IMG/VR virus record: IMGVR_UViG_3300042922_000643
Location: 1-64,000 of that record
Strand: one strand, 5' to 3'
Length of the DNA stretch: 64,000 bases
The position numbers and the translations under genes were made by a program. Shown piece after piece: positions 9,311-17,942 of the stretch. The notes below the pieces were generated by a model. That model was given only the letters and a program-made list of their open reading frames with translations. It did no database searches and was not told the origin of the DNA. How positions within the stretch are numbered: position 1 is the stretch's first letter; every line of letters starts with the position of its first letter.

Positions 9311-9952
9311 ATGACTGTTTTGAAATATTATATTCACAGCCTGACGAAGAATACGTACTTTACTCTCGATTCTTTTGAAGAGATGATTCAATGGTTTGCT
9401 CGTCAGAATAGGCCGAATCACCGTCAAATTTTTTACGGGAGTCATCCTTGGGAATATCGCCGCGAGGAATTGCCTATCAATCCAAAGATTCATCATTGGT
9501 CACTGTTCAATAGTGCGCTTGCAGAGATTGCAATGAATCCTACAGATGTTCGTCATCGGTATGATTGGGATGGAGCAGGTGGATACATTGCCGTCAGAGA
9601 CATTATGGTGACTGATGAACTGAATCGAACCATTGATCCGCGGCATTACTGGGATAAGATCGCGACTACTGTTGTTAACTACACTTATAGAAGTAACATA
9701 CATCCGTATGTCTACCGCTTTGATCCTGTAGAACGCACGGGAAAGCGTCGCGGAGGACCTTCTTCTAAGCGTATTGCTACATTCCAAGAGCGAAAGCTCT
9801 CTTGCGATCCTGAAATCAAAGAATTTGTTCATCCTAAACGAAACATGATGAATCTTCCTAGTTCTTGGGATCAGCATCCTCGTAATACAAACCACTGCTG
9901 GAAAGCAAAAAAACTAAAGAAGCAGTGGATGAAACACCTAAAAGGAGCTTAA
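9311..9952 (+). CDS. Hypothetical protein with basic C-terminus
   Basis: AAGGAG RBS; 213-aa ORF. Confidence 0.7.
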   Translation: MTVLKYYIHSLTKNTYFTLDSFEEMIQWFARQNRPNHRQIFYGSHPWEYRREELPINPKIHHWSLFNSALAEIAMNPTDVRHRYDWDGAGGYIAVRDIMVTDELNRTIDPRHYWDKIATTVVNYTYRSNIHPYVYRFDPVERTGKRRGGPSSKRIATFQERKLSCDPEIKEFVHPKRNMMNLPSSWDQHPRNTNHCWKAKKLKKQWMKHLKGA

Positions 9953-10151
9953 TGAAATGCAAACCGCCGTATTCGATGCCAATGGTAACATTGTCACTGA
10001 GGGAGATTTTGTACGCTCCCTAAAAACAGGATTTACCTGGGTTGTACTGGGAAGCAATGAAGTGATTGTTTCCTTAGCTTATGGCCCCATACAAGAAGCA
10101 GTCCGTCTTGAGGTATTCCGCACTGAATTTGTGCTTGAAAAATAGAGCATG

Positions 10152-10400
10152 CTTTTTACGTCCTTCCTCCCCTAAGGTCCTCAGATAAAGGTAGCTTACA
10201 GGTATCTTTATCAATTCTTCATTCATATAACTTACCGAGGGGCAAATCGGTAAGGTGAGGGAGCCGCCTAAAACTGTTGACCACAGCAGAAGGTTGGAAT
10301 CGTGGCGGTGAGCGGAACCGTAATAATCCGTTAGCTCTGGAGGTGGGATGTCTTGGTCGGCATTCATGTCGCCACCTCTGGGGCGAATCTTTTAAAAAAG
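10152..10400 (+). ncRNA. Candidate multi-branched structured ncRNA
   Basis: Nested stems in an intergenic gap: GATAAAGGTA/TATCTTTATC, CTTACCGA/TCGGTAAG, CCTCA/TGAGG, GCCGCC/GGCGGT, GAGGTGG/CCACCTC; ends pair through CGTCC/GGGCG and CTTTTTA/TAAAAAAG. Confidence 0.5.
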
Positions 10401-10411
10401 GGGGTATATTT

Positions 10412-10687
10412 ATGAGTGACTTTAGCAAGTTAGACCTCGTACATGCCACGCTAAGCGCTTTAAGGGACGGGTATAGACCGTCTATTCTATCTCCCGTAAA
10501 AACTCATGACGTAAAGCGACAGTGGCACTGTTGCCATATTACATGTGACAATCTGGCTGACTTTGTATTACATAGTGATAATCACTTCGAGGATTACACT
10601 CATATGTGTACTGACCACGTTGCACATTATCAAGAAGATTATGACCATAAGACGCCTATTACTCGGCCAGAGAGAGGAGAAACTTAA
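10412..10687 (+). CDS. Cys/His-rich hypothetical protein
   Basis: ATG10412 after AAGGGGGT; CCHITC...HMCTDH. Confidence 0.65.
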   Translation: MSDFSKLDLVHATLSALRDGYRPSILSPVKTHDVKRQWHCCHITCDNLADFVLHSDNHFEDYTHMCTDHVAHYQEDYDHKTPITRPERGET

Positions 10688-10818
10688 AAAATGATATTTA
10701 TTAATGCACTAGAAAAGTTCGTCAATTTTCTTGCTCTTATAGAAATGGTTCTTTTGGAACACGAGGATAACTCTTGAAGTCTGTATAATCAAAATCTTGA
10801 TATGGGAGGTGATATAAG

Positions 10819-11337
10819 ATGGCAAGTAGAAAAATGTTCAAAACTTCACTGTCATGGAGTAATTATCTTTGGGTTTTTGCTGTAGAACCTAAACCTCGAC
10901 CAGATATCATGAGAGGAATTACATCTCGTGGATCGATAAGTCCTTATGAAACTTACAATGCTAGAAGTTATGTTATTGTAACTGTCGATTCACCATTGGC
11001 AAGAACTTTGGGTGTCAGCATTCCAGACATACCTGTTATTCAAGCAATCCTTGATATGGGTTTTCGTAATGATAAAAAGAGCTCACATTATCCTGGCCAC
11101 CATTACATTCCAGGACTACGTGTTGAACGTATCGGAGAACAAAGAGCCCATCAAATTGTCAGTGAACCTGAACGATTCTTTAGGCAGGATGTCATTGAAT
11201 TTTATAAGGAGAGAGGAATTACATTGGACCAAATGGTAATAGAACTATTGCAACCTATGGAATCATACGAACTACCCATATCTTTTGAATTACCCAGATA
11301 TCACAAGCTTGGTCCAGAATGGACCCACTTAGAATGA
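10819..11337 (+). CDS. Hypothetical protein
   Basis: GGGAGGTG RBS; TGTATAAT upstream. Confidence 0.7.
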   Translation: MASRKMFKTSLSWSNYLWVFAVEPKPRPDIMRGITSRGSISPYETYNARSYVIVTVDSPLARTLGVSIPDIPVIQAILDMGFRNDKKSSHYPGHHYIPGLRVERIGEQRAHQIVSEPERFFRQDVIEFYKERGITLDQMVIELLQPMESYELPISFELPRYHKLGPEWTHLE

Positions 11338-11358
11338 TCATAAAGGAGAGGAAACGTT

Positions 11359-11820
11359 ATGGAAGAGAGGGGGACGAGTCAGAACCTATTCTACGAAGCT
11401 GAATTCGATGGTTCTTCAAAACCTGATATACAATTTTCTAGTGTTGGCGGTGTGATCTATAACCCCGCTGGCGATATTATTTGTGAATATGGACGCGAAG
11501 TACCTTTCACGAATAATATTTACGAGCTTGAATATTTAGCACTTATTGAAATCATGAAAGAGCTACATCGTTTAAACGTGAAGAATGTTATCATCTCTGG
11601 CGATAGCAAATGGGTTATCTACAAAGTTTATCTTGGTAGCTCCAGATTAAAACTCCATGAAGAAAACCTTAAGCGTGTTCACGAAAAGGCTAGAAATTTA
11701 TTCCGAGATTTCGATTATTGCAGACTCAAGTGGGTTTCCCGAGATCTTAATTGCTATGCTCATAATCTATGTAATTCAGTTACCCAAAAAGAGAAAGACG
11801 AGCAGAAGAGCATAATGTAA
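11359..11820 (+). CDS. RNase HI-like protein
   Basis: FDGSS, ELEYLAL, GDSKWV, WVSRDLNCYAHNLC; the usual last Asp appears as His. Confidence 0.85.
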   Translation: MEERGTSQNLFYEAEFDGSSKPDIQFSSVGGVIYNPAGDIICEYGREVPFTNNIYELEYLALIEIMKELHRLNVKNVIISGDSKWVIYKVYLGSSRLKLHEENLKRVHEKARNLFRDFDYCRLKWVSRDLNCYAHNLCNSVTQKEKDEQKSIM

Positions 11821-11844
11821 TCCCTTCGTCTTTCTCTTTTTGGG
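11783..11844. repeat. Perfect 19-bp inverted repeat with 24-nt loop (possible terminator)
   Basis: CCCAAAAAGAGAAAGACGA (11783-11801) / TCGTCTTTCTCTTTTTGGG (11826-11844). Confidence 0.8.
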
Positions 11845-11925
11845 GTCCTGTAAATTTATTTCGGGATCGCAAATAATGTACTTCCCTTACCTAGTATATT
11901 TTGCTATGATATCTATAGTAAAGTT

Positions 11926-12366
11926 ATGGATAAGGGTAATCAGAAGAGGAGTGTGAATGTATTGAGTTATTCGTCTCATAGTTTTATCGGTCGATTGACT
12001 AGAGATCCTGAAGGCCGCAATGTGAATGCTGGCGGCGAAGAAGCCCGTGTAGTAAACTTCACAGTTGCAGTGGATCGCCCAGGCGTTAACAAAGGCGCTG
12101 ACTATTATCCCGTTGTTGTTTGGCGGAAACTGGCTGAAAATTGTGAACGTTACCTAGGGAAAGGTCGTCTAGTACATGTTGAAGGCCGTCCTCAGCAACG
12201 TAGTTATAAGACTCAGAAAGACGGCGTGGAAGTTACTGTGAATGTAACTGAAATTATCGCCAATGATGTTCAGTTCTTAGACCGTGCAGATGCGCCAGCA
12301 GCTCAGACACCTCCACCTGAAACGGACTATGCTCTAAATATCAGTGATGACGATTTGCCATTCTGA
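11926..12366 (+). CDS. ssb: Single-stranded DNA-binding protein
   Basis: IGRLTRDPE, VVVWRKLAE, KGRLVHVEGR, acidic DDDLPF tail; true start probably ~11953-11962. Confidence 0.95.
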   Translation: MDKGNQKRSVNVLSYSSHSFIGRLTRDPEGRNVNAGGEEARVVNFTVAVDRPGVNKGADYYPVVVWRKLAENCERYLGKGRLVHVEGRPQQRSYKTQKDGVEVTVNVTEIIANDVQFLDRADAPAAQTPPPETDYALNISDDDLPF

Positions 12367-12378
12367 GGAGGTACACTC

Positions 12379-12696
12379 TTGTCTGACCAAAGAAGAGATC
12401 GTATCGAGATGCGCCAAGGATTTCACCAATTCATGATGCATATGTATCAATCATATCTTCAGTCTAATTCCGAACAAAAAGCTAAAGAGATCGTCGCCGA
12501 GTGTATTAAGGAGCAGCTAAACTTGCTAATTGGCGACGATTTTCTGTCCTCTTCGGAGTGTGCAAAGCTAAAAGAACGGAAAGAAGCTTTGGATAAAGAA
12601 CTTGCTGCTTCTGACAATTACGACATGCAGCTTTATCTAGCGGAGAAGATTGATACTTTGCAAGGCGCAATCGATATAATGACTGAATCGTATTAA
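12379..12696 (+). CDS. Hypothetical protein
   Basis: GAGGAGG RBS, TTG start. Confidence 0.7.
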   Translation: MSDQRRDRIEMRQGFHQFMMHMYQSYLQSNSEQKAKEIVAECIKEQLNLLIGDDFLSSSECAKLKERKEALDKELAASDNYDMQLYLAEKIDTLQGAIDIMTESY

Positions 12697-12733
12697 ACCC
12701 TTGGTTTCAAACAGTATAAAGGAGTAGTGATAT

Positions 12734-13861
12734 ATGGATAGCGATCTGGTCAAACTCTTTAGCACTATTAATAAAAATTATGACAAATCCTTGAAGCATC
12801 AAACAATTCGAATGTTAACAAAAGAAAACATGCCAGAGATTAAGACTTTCCCTTCAGGTTCTTTAAATCTTGACCTTGCGATAGGTCGTGGCGGTCTTCC
12901 TCGTGGACGTATTATCGAAGTATTTGGTCCTGAAAGTTCGGGTAAAACAACAGTATGCCTACTGCACATCGCTGAAGTTCAGAAAGCAAATGAAGGCTTG
13001 TGCGCTTTCGTGGATGCGGAGCACGCTTTTGACCCCATGCTTGCCCATGATTACGGAGTTGACCTCGACAATCTTGCTTACGTTGATGCTCTCACTGCGG
13101 AGCAATCTCTTGATACCGTAGAAGCACTTGTCCGCACAGGGAAATTTCGATTGGTTGTTGTAGATTCAGTGTCTGCACTTACGCCTACAGTTATTGCAGA
13201 AAGTTCTATCGAGAAGCAAACGATGGGTCTTCAAGCTAGACTAATGTCTACAGCGATGATGAAACTCAATGGTGTTGCCTATCAAAACGATTGTAGCGTT
13301 ATCTTCATCAATCAGCTTCGTGAAAAAGTGGGCGCATTCAGTCCAATCCCTGGACAGGCTGCTACAACTACTTCTGGTGGGCGTGCTCTTCCTTTCTATA
13401 GCTCTGTACGTCTGAGAGTTACACGCGTAGAAAATATTGGAGAGAAAGAAAACGTTATCGGTCATGTCATGAAAGTAAAAGTCGTCAAAAATAAGATCGG
13501 AGTACCTTTCAAAGAGGCTACTTTCCCAATCTACTATAATGTCGGTGTTGATAAAGTCTACGAAATTGTAACCATCGCCATTCTTGCTGGAATCATTTAT
13601 AAATCTAGTGGCTGGTATAGCTATCGTGACGGAAACAACGAGATTATTATTCGAGATGGAGAGAAGTATCAGTGGAATGGTGAATCTTCTGTTATCGACT
13701 TTGTTCGTTCTCACGAAACCTTTATGAACGAACTGGAATCCCGTGTACGTGGAGTAGAGGTAGAGGCTCCGACAGGTGCTCCTGAGTCTGAAGATGGCTA
13801 TAGCATCGAAGAGGCGGCCGCAGCCGCGGTAGCAGCTGGATTGGAGACCCCTAATGAGTGA
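12734..13861 (+). CDS. recA: RecA recombinase
   Basis: GPESSGKTT Walker A, VVVDSVSAL, IFINQLREKVG, GGRALPFYSSVR. Confidence 0.97.
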   Translation: MDSDLVKLFSTINKNYDKSLKHQTIRMLTKENMPEIKTFPSGSLNLDLAIGRGGLPRGRIIEVFGPESSGKTTVCLLHIAEVQKANEGLCAFVDAEHAFDPMLAHDYGVDLDNLAYVDALTAEQSLDTVEALVRTGKFRLVVVDSVSALTPTVIAESSIEKQTMGLQARLMSTAMMKLNGVAYQNDCSVIFINQLREKVGAFSPIPGQAATTTSGGRALPFYSSVRLRVTRVENIGEKENVIGHVMKVKVVKNKIGVPFKEATFPIYYNVGVDKVYEIVTIAILAGIIYKSSGWYSYRDGNNEIIIRDGEKYQWNGESSVIDFVRSHETFMNELESRVRGVEVEAPTGAPESEDGYSIEEAAAAAVAAGLETPNE

Positions 13862-14204
13862 GGAGCCCATCCATATCAATGATTCTGAAATGATTGCGTA
13901 TATCACGAAGCGTGTACTAGAGGAGTATCATTATAAGATATCTCCTAGAGTAGTCTCTATCGTGATCGACATGGAATCTGAATACTATGATTCTATAGGG
14001 CTTTCAATGTCAGAAGAAGAATTTGATGCGGAGGTAGAAGTTATAGACCAGAAATGGTCTATGGCTCTACTTAACATCGAAAACATCATCGATGATATCA
14101 TTGAAATGAGACGAAACGAATCCTTTGACAACTACGAGTCTTTACAGGTTGAAGCAAAAAATTTACAGGACATTCTACTCGATCTTTCTGGTAAAAAACT
14201 GTAA
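13854..14204 (+). CDS. Acidic hypothetical protein
   Basis: Overlaps the recA stop (translational coupling). Confidence 0.65.
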   Translation: MSEEPIHINDSEMIAYITKRVLEEYHYKISPRVVSIVIDMESEYYDSIGLSMSEEEFDAEVEVIDQKWSMALLNIENIIDDIIEMRRNESFDNYESLQVEAKNLQDILLDLSGKKL

Positions 14205-14423
14205 TAATTGACAATATTTACCTATAGGGGTTTCAAAATTTCAATATTTTTGGAGGCGATTTTGCGATGGAAGAGTTTGAAAATGTAACAATTGACTTTA
14301 CCTCTCCTGAATTTATCATCAAGACCCTGAATCTTCTTATTGAAGAAGGGCAAACTCAGTTTAGTTATGATGATATTCAACTGATCGCGTCTGCTATGAT
14401 TACTCTTGCTATTGGAGTAGCAC

Positions 14424-15356
14424 ATGGGGAAGTTTGATCATTGGTATGATGAACATGTAAAATACATCCTAGAAAACGGGACTTGGGATACAAGTACAGA
14501 TGTCCGTACGAAATGGGCAGATGGAACTAGCGCCTATACGATTAGTACTGTAGGCTGCCAAGCCCGTTTTGACAACAGTGAGCTCCTTATCCCAACCAAG
14601 AAACGGCTTGCATGGAAGAGCGCTATTCATGAGGGACCTATCTGGTTCTATATTAAGCGCACAAGCGATGTCACTTACTTGAAGGAAAATAAGGTAAAGA
14701 TCTGGGATGAGTGGACGCGGCCAGATAATACTATTGGCCGAGCCTACGGATATCAGCTAGGAAAAGCTATACCAGATATGAAGACGATTCGTAAGGATAA
14801 ATATGGAACCTCTTATTCCACAACAAATCAAATTCATCAATTGCTTGAGGGATTGAAGAATAACCCTGCCTCCAGGCGACATATCACTACGCTATGGGAT
14901 GCTAAAGAGATCTGGGATATGGCTCTAGCTCCCTGCTGGTGGAATACTCAATGGCTTGTGAAAGAAGGCAAACTGTACTTGATAGTGCAGTCTAGATCTT
15001 CTGACACAGGTTTGGGTCTATCTTTTAATATCTTCCAGTATCAAGTACTGCTGAGAATGGTAGCACAAGTAACGGGATATGAAGTTGGAGAACTGATCTG
15101 TAATATCAGCGATGCTCATATTTATGATCGTCACGTTGAACCTCTTAGCCAGTTAGCAAAACGTAAAGATTTCCCAGCTCCGAAGCTATGGATTAATCCG
15201 AACATCGAAGAGTTCGATCATTTTACAATCGATGACTTTGTACTGGTGCATTATGCTTTTGAAGATGAGGAAATCAAAAAATGGTCCCGACAAGATGCAT
15301 TACTTCACGCATATTACGAGCATGGCGGCAACCTGGAAATGGAAGTTGCCATCTAA
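14424..15356 (+). CDS. thyA: Thymidylate synthase (Bacillus ThyA type)
   Basis: IWDEW, YGYQ, SRRHI, MALAPC, RSSD...SFN, DAHIYDRH. Confidence 0.95.
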   Translation: MGKFDHWYDEHVKYILENGTWDTSTDVRTKWADGTSAYTISTVGCQARFDNSELLIPTKKRLAWKSAIHEGPIWFYIKRTSDVTYLKENKVKIWDEWTRPDNTIGRAYGYQLGKAIPDMKTIRKDKYGTSYSTTNQIHQLLEGLKNNPASRRHITTLWDAKEIWDMALAPCWWNTQWLVKEGKLYLIVQSRSSDTGLGLSFNIFQYQVLLRMVAQVTGYEVGELICNISDAHIYDRHVEPLSQLAKRKDFPAPKLWINPNIEEFDHFTIDDFVLVHYAFEDEEIKKWSRQDALLHAYYEHGGNLEMEVAI

Positions 15357-15960
15357 GTGTGAATATGTGGATAATCTTGGGGATAACCAAGGAGGTGCCA
15401 GTCATGGCAAAGGATCACGATTGTCAAAGTTGTTCATGGTGCCATGACTTTGGCACTTTCGGTTTCTGTACAAATATAGATATAAAAAGCCCCAAAGATC
15501 TTCAAAATCGATTAACATATGAGGACCTCGTTACACAGAACGAATGTCCTGGTTTTGCCGATAATCTTTGGTTTGGCGGATAAAGATAAAAGGGGAAATG
15601 AACGTGAATCGTATTGATGAAATCCTTGAAGAACTAGCACAGCGTCCTGATGTTACGATTACTTATGTAGATCGAGGTGCTTCATGGAATGTTAGCAACT
15701 TTAAAGGTAGCGAAGGCGTTAGCTATGTAGGTGATGGCAAGGCTGCTATCGTTATTGTTGAATTTGAGGAGGAATTGTAAATGCCAAAAGAACAAGGTGT
15801 TTGCTACAGCACCTGCATCATGAAGGAGCTCGATTATTTTCTTTCTATACTTAGTACGCAGAATCTGTCGGAAGAAAATATCATTATCGTGAATGGGCTC
15901 ATATCGCATCTTCTTCATATGTATGCAGAACCTAATGTTGTGATAACTGTATAAAGATTT

Positions 15961-15984
15961 GGGGCGCTTCGGCGCTCCTTTTAT
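15961..15984 (+). terminator. Intrinsic terminator
   Basis: GGGGCGC-TTCG-GCGCTCC followed by TTTT. Confidence 0.75.
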
Positions 15985-16108
15985 TTGGAGGATGCTATGT
16001 CCGTAAATAAACCGAGCGCTGTGCTTCCACCTAAGTCATTAATCGCTACTAAGAAAAATAATAAAACTCCAAAAACCGTATACCGAGTGGGCTATATCGA
16101 GAGGAGAG

Positions 16109-16711
16109 TTGGGTTTGAGTCGTCTATGGACTAAAGAAGAGGATGAGATCGCTATTTATTGTTTGGGCCGTATGACTTATGACGCGATAGGGAAAAAGCT
16201 AGGTCGTACAGCGCAAGGTGTTGAGAAGCGTATGATTAAGCTTGGTTACTCAAGCACAAGAGAATGTTGTCCGTATCTTACCATGCGTCAATTCCAAATG
16301 GCGATACGTACTGATCATCATATTGTTACACGCTGGATCAAAAAACACGGTATGCCTATTAAAAACATGAGGATCGCTTATAAACGAGACCTTAAATATA
16401 AGAGTTTGTTTGTTGATCCCGAAGAATTCTGGATTTGGGCTGAGCAAAATAAATCCTTGGTCGATTTTTCACGAATAGAAAAACATGCTTTACTTCCAGA
16501 ACCTGATTGGGTTGAAGAGGAAAGAATTAAAGGTCCAATTTCAAAGATTAGAGAATGGACTGCTGAGGATGACCAAGAACTTTTCGAATTATATTATAAA
16601 CAGTGTAATAGCCAGAAGGAAGTAGCCAGAATCATGGGGCGATCACATACTGTTATTGGAGAGAAAGTTGCTTTGCTGCGAAATACGCAGAAGAAAAAAC
16701 ATACGGGATAG
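16109..16711 (+). CDS. DNA-binding protein with two Myb/HTH-like WT.E.D repeats
   Basis: WTKEEDE...IGKKLGRT and WTAEDDQ...VARIMGRS. Confidence 0.7.
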   Translation: MGLSRLWTKEEDEIAIYCLGRMTYDAIGKKLGRTAQGVEKRMIKLGYSSTRECCPYLTMRQFQMAIRTDHHIVTRWIKKHGMPIKNMRIAYKRDLKYKSLFVDPEEFWIWAEQNKSLVDFSRIEKHALLPEPDWVEEERIKGPISKIREWTAEDDQELFELYYKQCNSQKEVARIMGRSHTVIGEKVALLRNTQKKKHTG

Positions 16712-16714
16712 GAG

Positions 16715-17026
16715 ATGCGGTTGATGAATCAAATACCTTTAGAATGCGTAATACCAGGAATGCGCGTAAGGCTATCACCACAATCTCCATTTCACGAAGC
16801 TGGTCAGTCTTGTGATTGGGAAGGAAACGAATATGATGGGACCGTAACTTATGTTCACAAGGCTAATATAGATTGGTTCCCTATCAATGTAATATGGGAC
16901 GGCGAGCTAGATCATTCTATTCCAGTCCTTGAACAAAAAGGAGAGTATTGTTATGGTGTTTCTGATTTGATTTTTCTCCTTGTAAATAATGAACAGCTTA
17001 CACTATTCCTGGAAGATTTCGATTGA
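16715..17026 (+). CDS. Paralog family B member 1, tag NEQLTLFLEDFD
   Basis: PGMRV...GNE..GTV...WFPINVIWD...Y.YG..DL. Confidence 0.75.
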   Translation: MRLMNQIPLECVIPGMRVRLSPQSPFHEAGQSCDWEGNEYDGTVTYVHKANIDWFPINVIWDGELDHSIPVLEQKGEYCYGVSDLIFLLVNNEQLTLFLEDFD

Positions 17027-17036
17027 GAGGTGCATT

Positions 17037-17333
17037 ATGCAGAATATCCTATCGGATTTCAAACCTGGTACGCGAGTCGGGATGTCGAAGAACTCTGCAT
17101 TTTCCCATTTAAATCAATCTTTTGATGCTAGGGGAAATGAATGTCTTGGAACAGTAATAACTATCAGCTCTAGTGGAAGATGGTTTCCAATCAATGTTCT
17201 ATGGGATTACGAGGTAAGTCCTGGTTGGAAAGCATCCTGGCACCGAGGTACCTATAGTTACGGCCCAACAGATCTTGTGATTATTGGCGACAGTAATAGT
17301 AGTATGGTAGAATATCTATTAGATATAGAATAG
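17037..17333 (+). CDS. Paralog family B member 2, tag NSSMVEYLLDIE
   Basis: ATG17037 after GAGAGGTG; PGTRV...GNE..GTV...WFPINVLWD. Confidence 0.75.
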   Translation: MQNILSDFKPGTRVGMSKNSAFSHLNQSFDARGNECLGTVITISSSGRWFPINVLWDYEVSPGWKASWHRGTYSYGPTDLVIIGDSNSSMVEYLLDIE

Positions 17334-17345
17334 GGAGTCGATAGT

Positions 17346-17840
17346 ATGATATCTATAATTACAGCGATGGATAGAAACTATTTAATAGGGAAAGAGAATG
17401 GCTTGCCATGGAATCTACCTGCTGATATGACACATTTTAAACGGAATACCCTTGGAAAGACAATTGTAATGGGTAGAAAGACAGCAGATTCCCTTCCGAA
17501 TCCTTTGGTGGGCCGCAACAACATTGTCCTGAGTAGACAGCAGATGGCGATGAAAGGTTTTGTAATAGAAAATTCAGTTGAGAATATATTAAAGCATTAT
17601 CGCGGTAGTGACATCTTTGTAATCGGCGGGGCTGAGATTTACAGGGCTTTCCTACCTTATGCAGATCGCTTAATCATCACTCGAATACTCGATTATTTCG
17701 AAGGAGATACACACTTTCCTATTGAAGATGTTAAGTGGGAACAATGGGACCTTTCGCATGCTGAATCTCATATGCCAGACGAAAGAAACAAATATAGTTA
17801 CATCTTTCAGACATATACAAAACGCAGAAATGTGACTTAA
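17346..17840 (+). CDS. dfrA: Dihydrofolate reductase
   Basis: IGKENGLPWNLPADM, VMGRKT, GRNNIVLS, VIGGAEIY, GDTHFP. Confidence 0.96.
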   Translation: MISIITAMDRNYLIGKENGLPWNLPADMTHFKRNTLGKTIVMGRKTADSLPNPLVGRNNIVLSRQQMAMKGFVIENSVENILKHYRGSDIFVIGGAEIYRAFLPYADRLIITRILDYFEGDTHFPIEDVKWEQWDLSHAESHMPDERNKYSYIFQTYTKRRNVT

Positions 17841-17942
17841 ATCACACCAGTTTTTCCCTGTTTGGATTATGATGAAAGTCCACTATATTTTTATCTAGTA
17901 TATAAACTTTCATCATATAATCCCAAAGAAGAGGTGTCCGAG

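Noticed and set aside
10277-10411. N-terminal extension of the 10277 ORF
   Set aside because: It runs through the structured RNA region; the RBS supports ATG10412.
13241-13906. Long antisense ORFs (this one and similar shadows over nrdD, pcrA, dnaG and others)
   Set aside because: They lie opposite well-supported genes and lack RBSs or recognisable motifs.
14424-15356. ThyA homolog as a dCMP hydroxymethylase (modified DNA)
   Set aside because: It keeps the dUMP-specifying Asn (SFN), resembles Bacillus ThyA and is accompanied by DHFR; no base-modification cluster seen.
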